DNA of 64,000 nt from Tubulanus polymorphus (taxonomy: Eukaryota; Animalia; Nemertea). The DNA lies in contig NC_134034.1 in the NCBI RefSeq assembly GCF_964204645.1, forward strand, positions 7,886,962-7,950,961. Direction: 5' to 3'. Position 1 is the first letter of the stretch. Each line of letters opens with the position of its first letter. A program made the translations under genes and the position numbers. The notes beneath the pieces were generated by a model. That model was not told where the DNA came from and ran no database searches. It saw only the letters and a program-made list of their open reading frames with translations. Shown here one piece after another: positions 36,446 through 52,008 of the stretch.

Positions 36446-36826
36446 TCAGGCGCAACCGCACCGTACGACAATCATCCCTGGTAAATTCGCCAATACGACG
36501 TTTCCTTCATTTGAAGCGTAAAGTAGGGTCAAGGGTTCTAATTTACGGGGCGTGCAACATGTCGCACCTTGTGGAATGGCTGCCTGCACCAGAAACGTGT
36601 GCAGTTGATCATTTAGAAATCTCATCGGACACTTGCCAGAGCAGAAATCCGATCGATAACGTTTCGGGCCTTGAATCCAATCCCAGCCGAACTGTTCGAA
36701 ATCTATGGTAAGTGGATATTTACAACAGCGGACCTCAGCTGTGTCCGTGCCATCACATTCCAGTCCTAGCATATCTCTCTTATTTCGGGTCTGAAACGGG
36801 CGGACCTTCATGTCGAGCGTCGGAGC
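36446..36826 (-). CDS. MSTN: Myostatin/GDF8-11-like ligand, exon 3 (RNKR furin site plus mature domain)
   Basis: Acceptor TATAG|GCT, phase 0; RNKR-DMLGLECD..RCCKYPLTIDFEQFGWDWI..PKRY..CSGKC..CCTPRK..LPGMIVVRCGCA; nine cysteines. Confidence 0.96.
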   Translation of the reverse strand, partial: APTLDMKVRPFQTRNKRDMLGLECDGTDTAEVRCCKYPLTIDFEQFGWDWIQGPKRYRSDFCSGKCPMRFLNDQLHTFLVQAAIPQGATCCTPRKLEPLTLLYASNEGNVVLANLPGMIVVRCGCA

Positions 36827-36971
36827 CTATAATATACAAAACCGAATGACAAAGGATGATAATAAGATAAGTCAATAAGTTGCACGGTAAGTTGATATTT
36901 GTAATCCAATCAGCAATATATTAAACCTTTAAATTTGTGGATTGATCGTTGACTGACACGTTCATACTTAC

Positions 36972-37387
36972 ATAGGCTTTATCTAAATCGTCATTATCTT
37001 TAAGTGAATGAAGCCAGTTATTTGTGACGTCATTGTCGTTGGTGTCAAACACTAATGCCTGTAATCCGTAGTTTTCATCATCATTACTCAACCATTTCTG
37101 TACACTAGCTTTTACGTCAATCTTAATCCATCGTCCTGTTGGATTATTGCGACTGGCTATTGGCGAATTTACCTTACGGCGAATAGTTCGTGCCTTCAAC
37201 ATTTCTCCGCGACTCGGGAACCGGGCCCCTTTCCGCTTCTCCATGTGGTATAGACAAAGTTTTACAGGGTTGCTACCTGAGTATCGCAGGTGCAAATAAA
37301 GTGTTGCCCTCAGCGTGTCATAACCGGCCGTCTTGTCATCAAACGTGAAATATATGACATCATCCGGTAAGCTCAAATAGTGTGGGG
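36972..37387 (-). CDS. MSTN: Myostatin/GDF8-11-like ligand, exon 2 (prodomain)
   Basis: Acceptor TTTTTCAG|CC (phase 1), donor TAT|GTAAGT; ATLYLHLR, GRWIKIDVKASVQKWL...NYGL prodomain motifs. Confidence 0.93.
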
Positions 37388-39006
37388 CTGAAAAAGATAC
37401 ATCGATGAAATAATAGTTGGCGAAAAAGAAACATCGAACCTGCTAATAATGCCGCACGTGACGCTCATTGTTAGTAATGATATTTAAAACAAAAGGTTTA
37501 TGGACCTCGAGACTTGGTCGAATCGGAAGTTCCAGACTGTTTGGGAACAGGAACAACGTCAACTTCAAACATCAATATAACTTTATCGATTTTTATAATT
37601 GCCTTGCTTTTTCATGAACCCTAAAATTGAACCCTAAAATATGCACGTCTGTGCTCAAATGAAATTTAGAATTAAACACTTTGGAAAATTTGAAGTTTAA
37701 ATGTTATGTATGTTTTTAGGCATTGGCTTTTTAACCAAAAATGAATTTATTTTACAAAAGGAACAAGAAAATTAACAAAACAAACAAACCACACCACACG
37801 AAGCGTCATGATGACGTCATATGCGTGGTAATGGTTCTGGGTTTAATTTCTCCAAAATCAGCTAAAGCTAAGCTATTCGCTATCAATTATTTTGGAGGTT
37901 TATGTTTGGTGCTCTATCCAACCACTCCAGTTTTAAGCTGCACATCACTAAATACCTATATAGGAGGAGACGAATAACAACAACAGCAAAACATTTTCTT
38001 AGAAGGTGAAAAAACGCTTAATGGTTGTACAACTTATTCGAACTTTATTGGAAATATTTCTGAGAAAATTTCAATATAAAATCTTTCAATGAAAAATGGA
38101 AATTACAGAAAGGCGTAATTCTAATGACATATTGTTTATCACCACAAACATAGTTATCAATATAACCACATGAAATATTTCGGCAATTTGTTACTTTTGA
38201 ATTTAATTGTGTAAGGGTAACAAAAATCAACAAAACTGTCGTTGCTATTAGATTTTAATGGTTACTGGCAGAATATTGATAAGCTTTGACATTTAAACTA
38301 ACTTGTAGAATTAATTATATCGTCATACCGAAAAAATATGTTCTCTTTTTTCTGGATTTGAAGTGAATATAGGTTGAATGAAACACATGTGATAAAACCA
38401 AAATCGATCTGCTTCTCTTTATTTTTGAAAACGCTCAACAGTTTTGATTGCCATCAAGTTGTTGGACGAAGATAGGCCGTAGAGACTCGAATTACCGTCA
38501 AATCGGCTTAATCCTGATGGACCGGCAATATTTGTCCGGATTACATGAATGAGAAATTTTCTAAAATATATGAAAAATCTGGAGGTTGGTCAGACAAGCT
38601 TCTGGGACATGGACCTTTGAATATCAAACATACTAAGTATCTGCCATGAAAGGTGCTTAGAGGTGACTTCGCAAAATATTGCCGTTATGAATATCTGACA
38701 GGGGACATTACACGAAGGGATAGCCACAGAAAGAACCTCCTTTGCAAGAACAATCTACGTCTGAAAATCATGTTCTTTATTAAAGTTAAGCCCTGTCTAT
38801 GGAACCGGACCCAGAAGTATTGCACCGTGTATCCATCAATGCATAAATCTATCAACTCGGGTGCTATAACAAAACGTGTGGCAACTTCTCTAACTAAATG
38901 CATTTGCACATCGAATGCTGCTCCTTAATTGTACACATAGAATATTTGTAAAATGTAAAATATTAGTAATAGAATAGTAAGAATAAAAGTCAAATTATAA
39001 TACGGA

Positions 39007-39874
39007 ATATTGCTGCAAAGCAGCGACAACGGGTTTCTGCCTTGCTGTTTTAGATTTCGCACTGGAAAGCGCACAAAGATTTCACCAAAATAATTCTTAT
39101 CAGTTTATAATATGCGACTATTTTGAAGGAGCGCGAAACATATCCGGGATATGTGGATCCACAAGGGCTTACCACGTAAAAAGTACTGATGTACCTTAAT
39201 TGTTTGGCGCTTTCATAGTTCCGTTGGGAGTTGCATGAACTAATCGTACCCGTTGGCATATGGTACTTGTGTGTATATGTACTTATACCATGTTTGTTGA
39301 TGTAATCCAGCTTTGAAACTGAATTAAACCACCTGTACTCAATAAATGCTAATTGATTTCAACATACATTCGTGAAGCATTTTGCTAATATCACATCATT
39401 AAAGATCTTGATTTGTTCTATCAAGAACGAATCAATTCTGATCTGATCTATCTTATTCTGATGATATAATTTTGGAAGAGTATCCAGATAGTTAAATAAT
39501 AATAAAAACGCAACTATAACAATCTTCGTGATGATAATGAGATTATTTACATGTTCAAACGTTACGATCGATTTCGACTCATCTCTTCGAGTCCTTTTCA
39601 AGAAATGACATGAAAAGATACAAACTATGCATAGTATACTGTTACTAATTACAGAGAATATCATGCAGGCGTGAAGTGGCCTAGTTTACAAAGTACAAAT
39701 GGATTGATTATAAACATATAACATAATGCTGTCAGAATTGAAAATCAAGTTTATGAGCGGTTAGTAGTCGAATCTGAGAGGAGACATTTTTTGAAAAACA
39801 TTTGTCTGGAAAGTGTAAAAGGTAATAATAACAAGAATTACAATACGGTTTCTGCGAAGAAGCAGAAACTCTAA
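39007..39874 (+). mobile_element. Non-autonomous Helentron/DINE-like element
   Basis: 5' TATTGCTGCAAAGCAGC..GGGTTTCTGC; 3' AGAATTACAATACGGTTTCTGCGAAGAAGCAGAAACTCTAA hairpin; ends shared with 13270-13432. Confidence 0.6.
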
Positions 39875-39966
39875 ATATGCAAATTATTATGTAACCGCCA
39901 TATCAGTGTTAAGTCTACTTATACCTTTTTTATGTCATACAAGTTATGTAAAACCTTGACTGAGAT

Positions 39967-40780
39967 ATGTATCAACTAGTTTTCGGACCTAACAATGTAC
40001 CTTGGTTCAAACTTTTAATTCTCATGTATGCAGATGACACGGTTTTATTAAGTGAATCGCCCGAGGGACCCCCAAAACTAATAGATAATCTCTGCCAAGA
40101 ATGGACACTTTCAATTAATAATGACAGGACAAAGGTCATTATCTTCTCGAAAAGAAGATTAAGAATCCTACCAGAATTTTACATCAATGGTCACAAATTA
40201 GAAATAGTTGATACGTTCAAGTACCTGGGCGTTCTCTTTTCATACACTGCATCGTTCACACAGTGTCGTGAAACTCGGAACAAGTACTGAAATCGGTATA
40301 TTTTGTATTATAAAAGTCAAGTGAACATTCATTAGACCTACATCTGACCTTGAAAATTTATGAGAGCATGGTATTACCAATATTGCTGTTTGGCTGTGAA
40401 ATTTGGGGATATGAGAACACACGTACTCGAGCGTGTTCAGCTACAATTGTATAAATATCTACTCAGATTGAAAAGGTCCACGTCTCGTGTATTTATTTAC
40501 GATGAGCTTGGGCGCTATCCTTTAGAGATTTATGTTAAACTGAGAATCGTTAAATTTTGGACAAAATTAATCTCCCAGACTGAAAATTTTTCTTTTTTTA
40601 TGCACGAACATATTTATCAAACGCACCACGGTGGTCGCAGTAACGCTTGGATTCTTAACGTCAAAAATATTCTTGTAACAAATGGTCTCGGCCACGTTTG
40701 GGAAACTCAAACTGTACCCAGTGCTAATTATCTTTAAAGTATTAAACAGAGACTCGCGAATCAGTAGGCACAATCCTTGC
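39967..40780 (+). pseudogene. Non-LTR retrotransposon RT C-terminal fragment
   Basis: LMYADDTVL, FKYLGV, ELGRYPL; frameshifted. Confidence 0.85.
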
Positions 40781-40814
40781 ACTCCAAGGTCAACGAATCA
40801 AACCTCAAACTTAT

Positions 40815-41916
<1,102 letters not shown>

Positions 41917-43879
41917 AGTTACTATTGGCGACATCCCAATGAACACTTTATAAAACTTTGCTCAATCTGGCGATATTCATCAAAAAAGGTATCGAATCAT
42001 TTACTTAATATTGTGTATAATTATCGGATTTCGATACAACAATTCCGCTTAATCTTCATCTTCATTTGCATAATAATTTCAAAATAATAACAAAAACAAT
42101 AACAATGATAATAAAAAAAATGAATTTATTATTTTACTATCACTTTTATCATTATTATTCTTATTATTATCATAATTGTTATTATTAATACTATCATTAT
42201 ATTTTTGAATTATGCTGTAATTTCTACGTTATTTTTGTGCTCTGTGCAGTGTTATCATAACTTGTGGAGTAGATAAACGACACTGACACAGAAACTGAGT
42301 ATTACGTAGGTTGTTTGTCATAGACATAGTGCTAACAGCTTTGTAACTAGATAATTGCATAGTTTGGATAGTTTAAAGTTAAATTGGCTTTGCATAGTTA
42401 GGATCATGTCTCGGTACTCACCTCTCTACTCATATGCACTGTAAAAATCTCCTTCCTATGTATCCGGGTCATAATACCTCCGCCCAAAATACCTCCACCC
42501 AAATATCCCACACCCAGAATCCCTCCGCCCAGAATACCCTCATATGTTTCCAAAATACCTCCAGGCCCTAGATCTAATGGGTTTATGCCTGAAGGACAAA
42601 AATAAGGAACCTATTAGTAATATAATTTGTTAGAATTTGTCCCCATCAAAGTTTGAATTTACAGGCCATATTCAAATAAACCTAAGTTTAAAAGTTTCTG
42701 TAGTTTAAAAGTAGTTAATTGAGCGAAACAAAGTATAATGTTAGTTTCAGTATATTGTTCGAAGATCATCGTTGCAGTTAAATGGAAATGAACTGAATTC
42801 CCTCGGTAAAAAATCCCCCATTTCCTACGAAAAAATCCCAAAACCTTCAAACTAGGTAAAAATTCCCACTCGGCATTGGTTCAAGATAACTTCACGGCAA
42901 GATGTTTCTCAAATTCTATTCATCTGCAATAAAGCTGCAATACTTTATCAATACGATGTTGAATCTTTTTCGTTGCAGTCAATTCTACAATCAATTCTTA
43001 GAATTGATCGAATCAATCAATGAACGTTTTATTTGTAATATTCCTCAATTCGAACTTGATTAGTTATAAAATGTGTATAGACCTGTCGTATATTTCGCTG
43101 TGCGGTGCGATGAATTATTTCATGCTAAAAGTTCATTATTTCGAATATCTTAAATTCAAACTAGTGTAATATATCTAAAGAATTGGGGATTTTTTTACCC
43201 AGGGGCATATATTTCGAGAATGAATAGTCATACATCTATGGTCGTGGTTGATTCGGGCCTTTTTGAAAAATTTCTGTACGGCTAGAGCAACGGTAAAAAG
43301 ATTTTGACATTGGCCCTTTTTGGTTTTCTCGCGCGAGAATTCAAAACTTTTGGTTTTCTCGAACGCGTTCGGTTTCGCGCGAGAAAACCAAAAGTTCTGA
43401 ATTCTCGCGCGAGAAAACCAATTGTTTTGTTTTCTCGAACATATTTTCATTATTCCCCGAGCCGTATAAAAAAAAATTTTATACCCCGAATCAGCCACCA
43501 TACTCATCTGAACGTTTTTTGAAAATGTACGAAGCAGCGAGAATGTTGGCCTACAACTTTCTGCTGATTGTGAATCGTACATTCGTTTCATACTGCTCTT
43601 TAATCTTCCTCGTGCTGGTTCTTAGCTCAAATTGAGGCTGGCCTATATGAGTTCTAATTGTACCTTAATGCACCCAAATACATCGGCAGCGATGGACAAG
43701 CTCAGACAAATCATGACAAATTTTTCTTTTCTTTTTTACTTCTATTTCATTTCACAATGAAATGTTTTGTTTACAATTGTACTGAACCAGAAATGATGGA
43801 AGTTCTTAGATTTCATGAAAAACTTCCGATTTGTATACGTTAAAAGGTCACATTTTCAGAATCAAGGGGTAAAAACTAC

Positions 43880-44600
43880 TTAACCAGAAAACGGGGTTGA
43901 TAATCATGGGTATAAATATAGACGATAAATGATCATGGATTAATCACATCAATGATGTTCAACGTAAAGTATCTAGGAGTATCAGTATGTTGTATAGATT
44001 AAAACGATTTTAGCGGAGAAAAAAATCTTAGTCAATTATATTTCAGTTTAGTAGAACCGTATCTCAGTTATTGCAATATATATGGTTTGGGCTCAAAATT
44101 TTAATGTTTATTTAAATTCATTATTGATACTTCAGAAACGTGCGGTTCGAATTATAACAAATTCAAATTATTTAGAACACGCTGAGCCACTTTTTAAAAG
44201 ACTGAAAATATCAAGAATCAAAGGAATTAACAAATTAAAGTTAGGTTGCTTTATGTTTAATTATAACAAATCCATGCTACCTGATTCTTAATTATTATTT
44301 TCAATTTCGATATGAAATTCATAATCATCAAACTCGTAGCCATGGAAATCCCTAGAAATCAAACTCAAAGAAGTTATTTTTCAGTAAAGACTTCAGGGGT
44401 CGGTTCCATAGTCAAGACTTAAGACCAAAAGTGGTCTTAAACATTAAGACTGGTCTTAAGTTGTTAGATTGGCTATAGAACTAAGTTTGTCTTAGACCGG
44501 TCTTAAGTCGAAGCCCTGTCTACGGAACCGGCCCCTGGTCTACTACTTTGGAATTCACTCGATCCAACTTTAAAGAAGTGTCTAACACCCTTTTATCTCT
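43880..44600 (+). pseudogene. Decayed CR1/L2 LINE 3' fragment
   Basis: WINHINDVQRKVSRSI, EPYLSYCNI, LQKRAVRII..HAEPLFK, LLWNSL. Confidence 0.8.
44397..44534. mobile_element. Small palindromic Harbinger-type MITE
   Basis: GGGTCGGTTCC...GGAACCGGCCC with CAG/CTG (CWG) flanks; removal restores the LINE frame KTSGLLLWN. Confidence 0.75.
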
Positions 44601-44963
44601 AGGGTGAGATCGAAACGTCGTGTCTTTTATATATTTTTGATTGAATAAATAAATTCTGGTTTTTAAATTCTTTTAATCTGTAAATAGTGGGATTTTATCT
44701 TATTATATTGATCTGAATTAATCTGTGTGTGTGTGTGTGTGATTTCCATGGGTGCAATGGGCAAGTTTTTAACTTCTCCTAGTATCTGTCACCCTGATAT
44801 AAGTCACATATTTTATAATCATACGTATCTACAATTTCATATCGAACGGTTCATAATATTTCATATCTCTTACTACATGAAATGCTTAATAATGATAACG
44901 TTATCAATAGTATAATATAACATAGGACTATAGTATCAATGTGCCTAAAAGTCGTAATCAACA

Positions 44964-47900
44964 TGTGACATTACTCAATATGTTTTCATAGTAATTAGTT
45001 CTAGTCAGCGCTCATCAATAATTAATTAATGTCTCTCAAATATGTCACTAGGTTTTAGTTTGTGAGTCCTGATGTCTACAACTTCTCTGACACCTAGTTC
45101 CCACATCAAACTAAGTTATGATAATCATTCTCATTCCGGGATGCAATAAAGATTGTACATATAAGGTTTAAATGCCTTGTTCCTGATGGATGGAATCCTG
45201 TACCGCTGGTGTAAATGCTAGTTCCGCAGCCAGCCTGCCGATACAACAACCAGCCGGTTACAGATGGCGGAGAACCCAGATTTAAGTCCTAGTGACTTAT
45301 GCAAGTATCGATGAAGCTGCTGATATATGGATAATGACTAGAACGTCTACCACAAAGAGAAGATCGTAGTCAACTACACCCGTGACGACAACACAGTGCT
45401 GATCGGATGGTGGATACTACGCATTGCGGTTAACTTGTCAACCATTGGTAATATAATTGCATCTTCATCTCAAATTCATGGTCAAATTATGAGTATAGAA
45501 AGTTATAGGCGTTTGAATTTAGATGCGCTACCGTGTAATTGAGCGGCTTAATGTGTATATATCTCAGTTTTCGATTGTTTAATTCAAGATATTTCCTAGT
45601 TATCCACTCCCTACGACAATCAACATCAGTTTCATACAATTATTAGGGAATATAACTCATATAAATTATCTTAGTTCGTCTAGTGGGATATCTAATTTTG
45701 TCGCGGCGATCTATATTTTTACAAAACCTCTATCTTTAACATTCAATATAGATAGCTTTCCATTTTTTACGTTGACGTATATAACTATAGTATAAAGATG
45801 AAGCGCCTACATAGTAGTAAAGATGTTTGCCACAAAGAAGCATCTCGATTACGTGTATCAACGCGGTTGATATAAGCTTAGTTTCAGGATTGAATCGGAA
45901 TATTATAAACATTAATATTGATAAACTCACCCAACGAGCATTAGTCGATACAGGCGCATCGATTTCTTGTATTGCTAGGTCAACGTTCGAAAGTTGTATC
46001 AAAAATCCCATATATATTCATTCGGATATAAACATTATCAGAGGAGTGTGGGGAAGCACATTCAGTGATTGGTAGAATTGATGTACCCATTTGCACTCAA
46101 TCTCATATAATAACGCACAAGTTTTATGTATTCGATAGGCTATACACAGATGTTATTCTAGGACTGGATTTTTTGGAAGAAAGCAATGTAAACATTAACC
46201 TTGCATCAGGCACAATTGAATTTAAAGATTCTTAGGAATAACAAGAGCTGTACAGAAATAAAGCTAAAACGGTTAACAGGATTATCTCACCAAATACTAA
46301 AGAAATAGTTCAGATAAGTGCCGATACGTTGGCGGAAGGTTCATTGGTTGTTTTTGAACCATACAACCACAAGTTATTTAATAAATTTTTAGGTGGAAGT
46401 AAAACATTATGCAAAATCGCAGACGGTAAAAATTTTCGCTACTAATGTGAATCCTACTAATGAACCGATTGAAATTTCAAAAGATTATGTGCTTGGATTT
46501 GCATACAATGTAACTGACGACGATTGTTTTGATTTTGCAGATGACAGTACTAGTGCAAACATTTTCTCCGTTGATACTGAAACGCCACGTGATTATGATG
46601 AAAAAATTAAAATAGCGGAGATTTTAGGCATAAAACTTCCAGCAAACTCCCTTGGAGGATTGTCCCTTGAACAAAAGGAGAGATTAATGTATCTAATAAA
46701 CCATTTTACAGTTGCTAGCCGCCATTTTGTTAGGGTACTTTTGTCCCGTATTGTTGGGTCATTTTTTTCTCTTTTTTAAAAACTATCCGTGATGTGTATT
46801 GTATCATATTTCATCTGTCGATGGATGGATTTTGACAACTTCAGCAACATTCAAACCGCGTGAATCTCTAGTTTTCAGTTATGTTAAAATCATTCCTCAA
46901 ATTTACAACAATGCGACATGAGAGCGATATAAAAATTGGTGCTCAGTTTTTGCCGTGCGCATAGAAATCCAGGGTACTGAATTTGAAGTTCGTTATTTTC
47001 AGAAATAATTTTCTAAAAAATCCAAACATTTCAAGCACTGTGCGCATAAATGCCCCCTTTTAGGTGAACTTTGAAATTTTAAGATATCTTGCCTAGTTTT
47101 TTTCCTATGGCTCTTTAACTGCAGCGCGTGTATTGTCATTCCGAGATTCGGCGCTGTTTTCTTTGCGTGTATTTCAGTATATGGGTGTTATTTCTTCATT
47201 TTCACTACACTTGTCTCTACGGAAAATGGTTTTAATTGTTGGTACGAGTATCAGGTTTAAATATCACGTCGTTTATGCAATATAATAGATCGGAGACATT
47301 AGAGATGTTGGGGTTTAAGGGATTTTTCTGACCAGTTTTAGCAGCGAGACTGAGCGGCATTTTGATCACGCATTCGAAGTTGCGCGCGGGAAGAGAATAT
47401 ATGGGCCTATATCGAGATGGAAGAAGAAAAGAAATATAGCACTCAAAATCGAGTATGATGACCATTTAAATCAGTAGTCTATCAATAAATTTACATAAAA
47501 ATCTACTGAAATTAGATGGATGGAGAAGTGGTCAAAAAGCTGGACAAATGGGGTGGGGCAAATATTCAGCTACTTTCTATGAATACTTTCTATTAAGTAC
47601 ACTCAAGATTGATTAGATTGGGAAAAAAATATAGGAAAACGTTTTCTTTTTTTCGAATGTCAGACGCAGGTGATAAAAAGTAAAAAGTGACATCTACCAT
47701 CACCAAAAACGCAAGAAGTGTGTGGATTGCATTTACAACAAAAGAGTGATATTTTGGGTTTTCTTGGGTGCATTTTCGTAAGCCTCTGCCTGCCGTAAAA
47801 GCGGTTACCATTACAGCCATTACGAACTAGCGCCGGAGAACGGAATACAGTATTAATGCCGTAATATTTAAACCTGATACTCGTACCAACAATTAAAACC

Positions 47901-50256
47901 ATTTTCCGTAGAGACAAGTGTAGTGAAAATGAAGAAATAACACCCATATACTGAAATACACGCAAAGAAAACAGCGCCAAATCTCGGAATGACAATACAC
48001 GCGCTGCAGTTAAAGAGCCATAGGAAAAAAACTAGGCAAGATATCTTAAAATTTCAAAGTTCACCTGAAAGGGGGCGTTTATGCGCACAGTGCTTGAAAT
48101 GTTTGGATTTTTTAGAAAATTATTTCTGAAAAAAACGAACTTCAAAGTTCAGTACCCTGGATTTCTATGCGCACGGCAAAAACTGACCACCGATTTTTAT
48201 ATCGCTCTCATGTCGCATTGTTGTAAATTTGAGAAATGATTTTAACATAACTGAAAACTAGAGATTCACGCGGTTTGAATGTTGCTGAAGTTGTCAAAAT
48301 CCATCCATGGACAGATGAAATATGATACAATACACATCACGGATAGTTTTTAAAAAAGAGAAAAAAATGACCCAACAATACGGGACAAAAGTACCCTAAC
48401 AAAATGGCGGCTAGCAACTGTAAAATGGTTTATTGGATGTAATAGGTCAATATTTGCTTGTAACTTACAAGAAATCGGCAAAACTTCATTAGTTACGCAT
48501 AAGATAGAAACAACTGATGACAACCCTATAATTCAAAGACCTTATCGCAAAAGTCCACACTTGAGACAGGTAGAGAACGACTTGGTTAACGAACTGTTAG
48601 ATTGATCTTATTGATCCAACTGATTCTGTTTTCAATAATCCTGTGGTTTTGGTCAGAAAACCAGACAATACGTATAGGATTACTATTGATTTTAGAAGAC
48701 TGAATTCCGTAACACAATCATTTCCACTATCTCATTTTGATGATGTATTTGACACTATAGCCGATGCTAAACCCATGATATTTAGTGAATAAGATCTTTA
48801 TTCAGGATTTCACCAGATACCGTTACATGAAGAATCGCGTCATAAAACAGCTTTTCAAACAAGCAGGTCTAACTGCGAAACCGACTAAGCGTGAATTTGC
48901 AGTCCCAGACATTGAATATCTGGGTTATATGTTATCAGCTGAGGGTCTGCGTACTTGCAAAAAGAACATCGAAAAGGTCAACAGCTTTCCAGTTCCTTCT
49001 AATGTCAAACAATTACGAAGTTATCTAGGATTAACAAATTTTTACAGGAAATTGATTCAAAATTATGCATCAATAGTTTCTCCCTTGAATGCTTTGAACT
49101 CTAAGGATGTGAAATTCAAATGGACCCCTGATTGCCAGAAAGCTATTGATACGCTTAAACAGAAATTAACTAGAGGTCCAATTTTGATATTCCCTGATTT
49201 CAATTCTCGTTTCTATTTCTCAGTTGACTCTTCAGACTATGCTATCGGTTACGTTTTGTCCCAGAAAAAGAATAATTTAGAACATGTTATTGGATATGGT
49301 GGCCGCGCGTTACGTGTAAACGAAAAGAAATGGCATATTAGTGATAAGGAAGGACCTAGCTTTGATTGAAGGAATTTAGAATTTTCGTCCCTACCTTATT
49401 GGAAATGAATTCACCGTGTATACTGATAACACAAGTTTAACGTATATTCATGAAAACCAACTAAATAAACGTATAGGACGTTGGGAATTGGCTCTTCAAG
49501 CGTATAATTTTTCTGTTAAACACCGACCGGGTAAGAAAAATGGCAAATGCGACGTTTTAAGTAGACGAGATCATGATAAACCTCCTCCTCCTAGAACTGA
49601 TGATCCTTCACAAGAGACTGTTTTCACAGCGATGAAAAATGGAACTCAGTCTTATGAAGTCGTGTTTGATTATACTAGCCCCATGGTGGCTGAGTTAACT
49701 CCTGATACTTATAAGGAGATTGAACTGATTATATAAGTCACTCACAGAGGAATTGCCCTGAAGTACGTCACATGTTGGAACATAAGTTAGATCCATCATA
49801 TGCTGTCAACGATGAAAAACTGTTTCGTAAGCTAAGTTGGATAGCCGATCAATATGGCATTATCGATGGCATGTTATATTATTTGTATACGCCTAGAGTT
49901 ATTGGTATTCCAAAAGCCGAGAAGGTCATCCCAGTTCTTGAAGTTCCTAGATCCTTACGGTCGGAAATATTGAAATCTGACCACGATTCATTAGTGGGAG
50001 GTGGCCACCAGGGTCGAGATCGTCTTTATGGTGTTTTACGCAATAAATATCATTGGGATTCCATGTATGAAGATTGCGGGAAATATGTTTCTACTTGTCA
50101 GAATTGCCAACAGGTCAAACGGAATTATCATAGTCATCCAACACCCCTACAACCATTACCAATTGAAGGCTCATTCTCCAGATGACACATTGACTTTCTT
50201 TGCAATCTTCCGGAGACCCCTGATGGTAATAAGCATATCCTACTCGTGGTGGATGT
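44964..50256 (+). mobile_element. Decayed Ty3/Gypsy element in the myostatin intron (LTR 44964-45262, PBS ~45265, pol), 3'-truncated
   Basis: TGTGAC...GTTACA with AATAAA, then TGGCGGAG; protease ALVDTGAS; IDFRRLN; YLGLTNFYRKLI; RNase H VDSSD..YTDN; integrase HDSLVGGGH..CQNC. No gag recognised. Confidence 0.88.
46697..48432. mobile_element. Foldback-type non-autonomous DNA element, ~570-bp TIRs with a ~600-bp non-coding core
   Basis: 46695-47264 is the near-perfect reverse complement of 47864-48434; removal restores Gypsy LMYL-IGCNRSIF. Confidence 0.92.
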
Positions 50257-51281
50257 AAGTGGTCAGGTGTAACTGAGATTATATATTTGTCCACATAAAA
50301 ATTTTACCAATTCATCTTCATGTTTCAGTTATACTAACAAACAAAAAAATATCGACTTACATTACATGACCATATTATCATATGTAATTTTCTATTGTAA
50401 TTTAATTCATAAATAAAGAAAAATAATAATAATAGTAATAAATGCACAGAGTGACAAGATCTCAACCAATATCTTTTCGACGCTCTGACGGTTTTTTACG
50501 AGTCCCAAATTAGCTTCCGTACATACTACCTTACTTTCGCACTGGGCAATTTCCAACCCATTGCAGTTTGATTTCTTCCCTGTTCCGACTTTTCGTAGCA
50601 CGAATTCGATGATACGTTCGTGTCAACAGTCGTTTAGTTGTGGTTAGCGCATACGATTGGAAAAATAAACCCGAAATATCTAAGTGTTTCAAAATCATTT
50701 CTTGTATGTTGATTTTATTATTTTCCATTTATAGACATTAATTCGTAGTTTTCGTCAAAGGGCTGGAAATCCGATTCATCTGACTTTGTCCTAACCGATT
50801 CGACTTTTGTGAGGTTTACTGTAGTAGCATATGTAATCTAGCGTGTTCATTATGTACTACGCACATATTTGAATGAAGGAAAGCCTATATCTCCGCAGAT
50901 TCATACATTTACCATTTCATACACACACATACACATATGCATTTACATATAAAAGGATTTTGAGAAACTAATGAAAATAAAACGTCATGAAATAAATTGG
51001 TGCCTTAAAGAACACATGACAAAATTGTAACGGATTTTAATTGTACGTTCATAGTTAAGGAGCGCGCTTCTTTTTTATTGATTTCTGGGCGACCCGATTT
51101 TCGGAGCTTCAGTGACTACAAATTTTTAGCTTAGAAATTAACTTGAAAGTGGAATTTTCTCTACGGTTATTTCTTCAGACACATCATTGAGGTGTTTAAT
51201 TGTTTTTTTGCCTACAGCAGTAGAGTTATAAATCACGAATACGTTTACTGTTACAAATATGCACGCAATGAGGTAACCTAC

Positions 51282-52008
51282 CTTTGACAGCAACATTGAA
51301 TACGCGTGACAGCGTCGCCTCGTTTTCTTTGTTCCAAGACGCATCCCGTCTCAAGGGGATGGCATCCAGGTAGGGGGCCTTGTCGGATCTTGCATACGTA
51401 TTGATAGCGTTTAAAAGGCTTGGAACTTTTGGTAGGACTCTACCAGTAATATTTGGCGGTTTGGTCATTCCGAGCCCCTTTAGGATATTGTTTTTGATTG
51501 ATTCTATCCTTAGGAGCCGAGCTTGTTCTCTTAGCACACAACTTGAACAGTTATCTTTAATCGGAGCTTCCCCCTGCTTTGCTAAATGATAGTTTATAAC
51601 TTTTGATATATTAATAAATCGTTCTCTCTCCTCAGCAGTGGGTTGTCGGTTTCTTTCACTCCGTGGAATAGACGATGAATTTCTGCTGAACTCGCCGTAG
51701 TAGTTATATTCGTAATCACCGAGAGAATATTGTACCTCGTTTTGTTTGTCGTAGTAATTGACATCGTAATCGTCAATCGTAAGTTTAATTTCCACATTTC
51801 TTACCCGCTGATTCGTTGCAGTGTTTTCCGCATTGTTTTCATCGTTTCGACTTCCAGACATATTGGATGTAATCACTTGGCAGTATCCAACAGAAACGAT
51901 CAATGTAAGATGGATGATTACAGTACACACGTGGTTCTGCATCACTGAAATAGATGACTTCCAGAAAGAATAAAAGGCGAAATATTGGCTGCAGTCACGA
52001 GCTTCCAT
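51282..52008 (-). CDS. MSTN: Myostatin/GDF8-11-like ligand, exon 1 (probable start 51942; upstream in-frame ATG 52008)
   Basis: Signal peptide MQNHVCTVIIHLTLIVSVGYC; CSSC..RLLRIESIKNNILKGLGMTKPPNIT..LPKVP; donor AAAG|GTAGGT phase 1 joins exon 2 in frame. Confidence 0.93.

Noticed and set aside
51226-51281. ORF tails GRLPHCVHIC... (51226-51281) and VSMNVSV... (36921-36971) as coding
   Set aside because: Read-through past good GT donors at 51281 and 36971.
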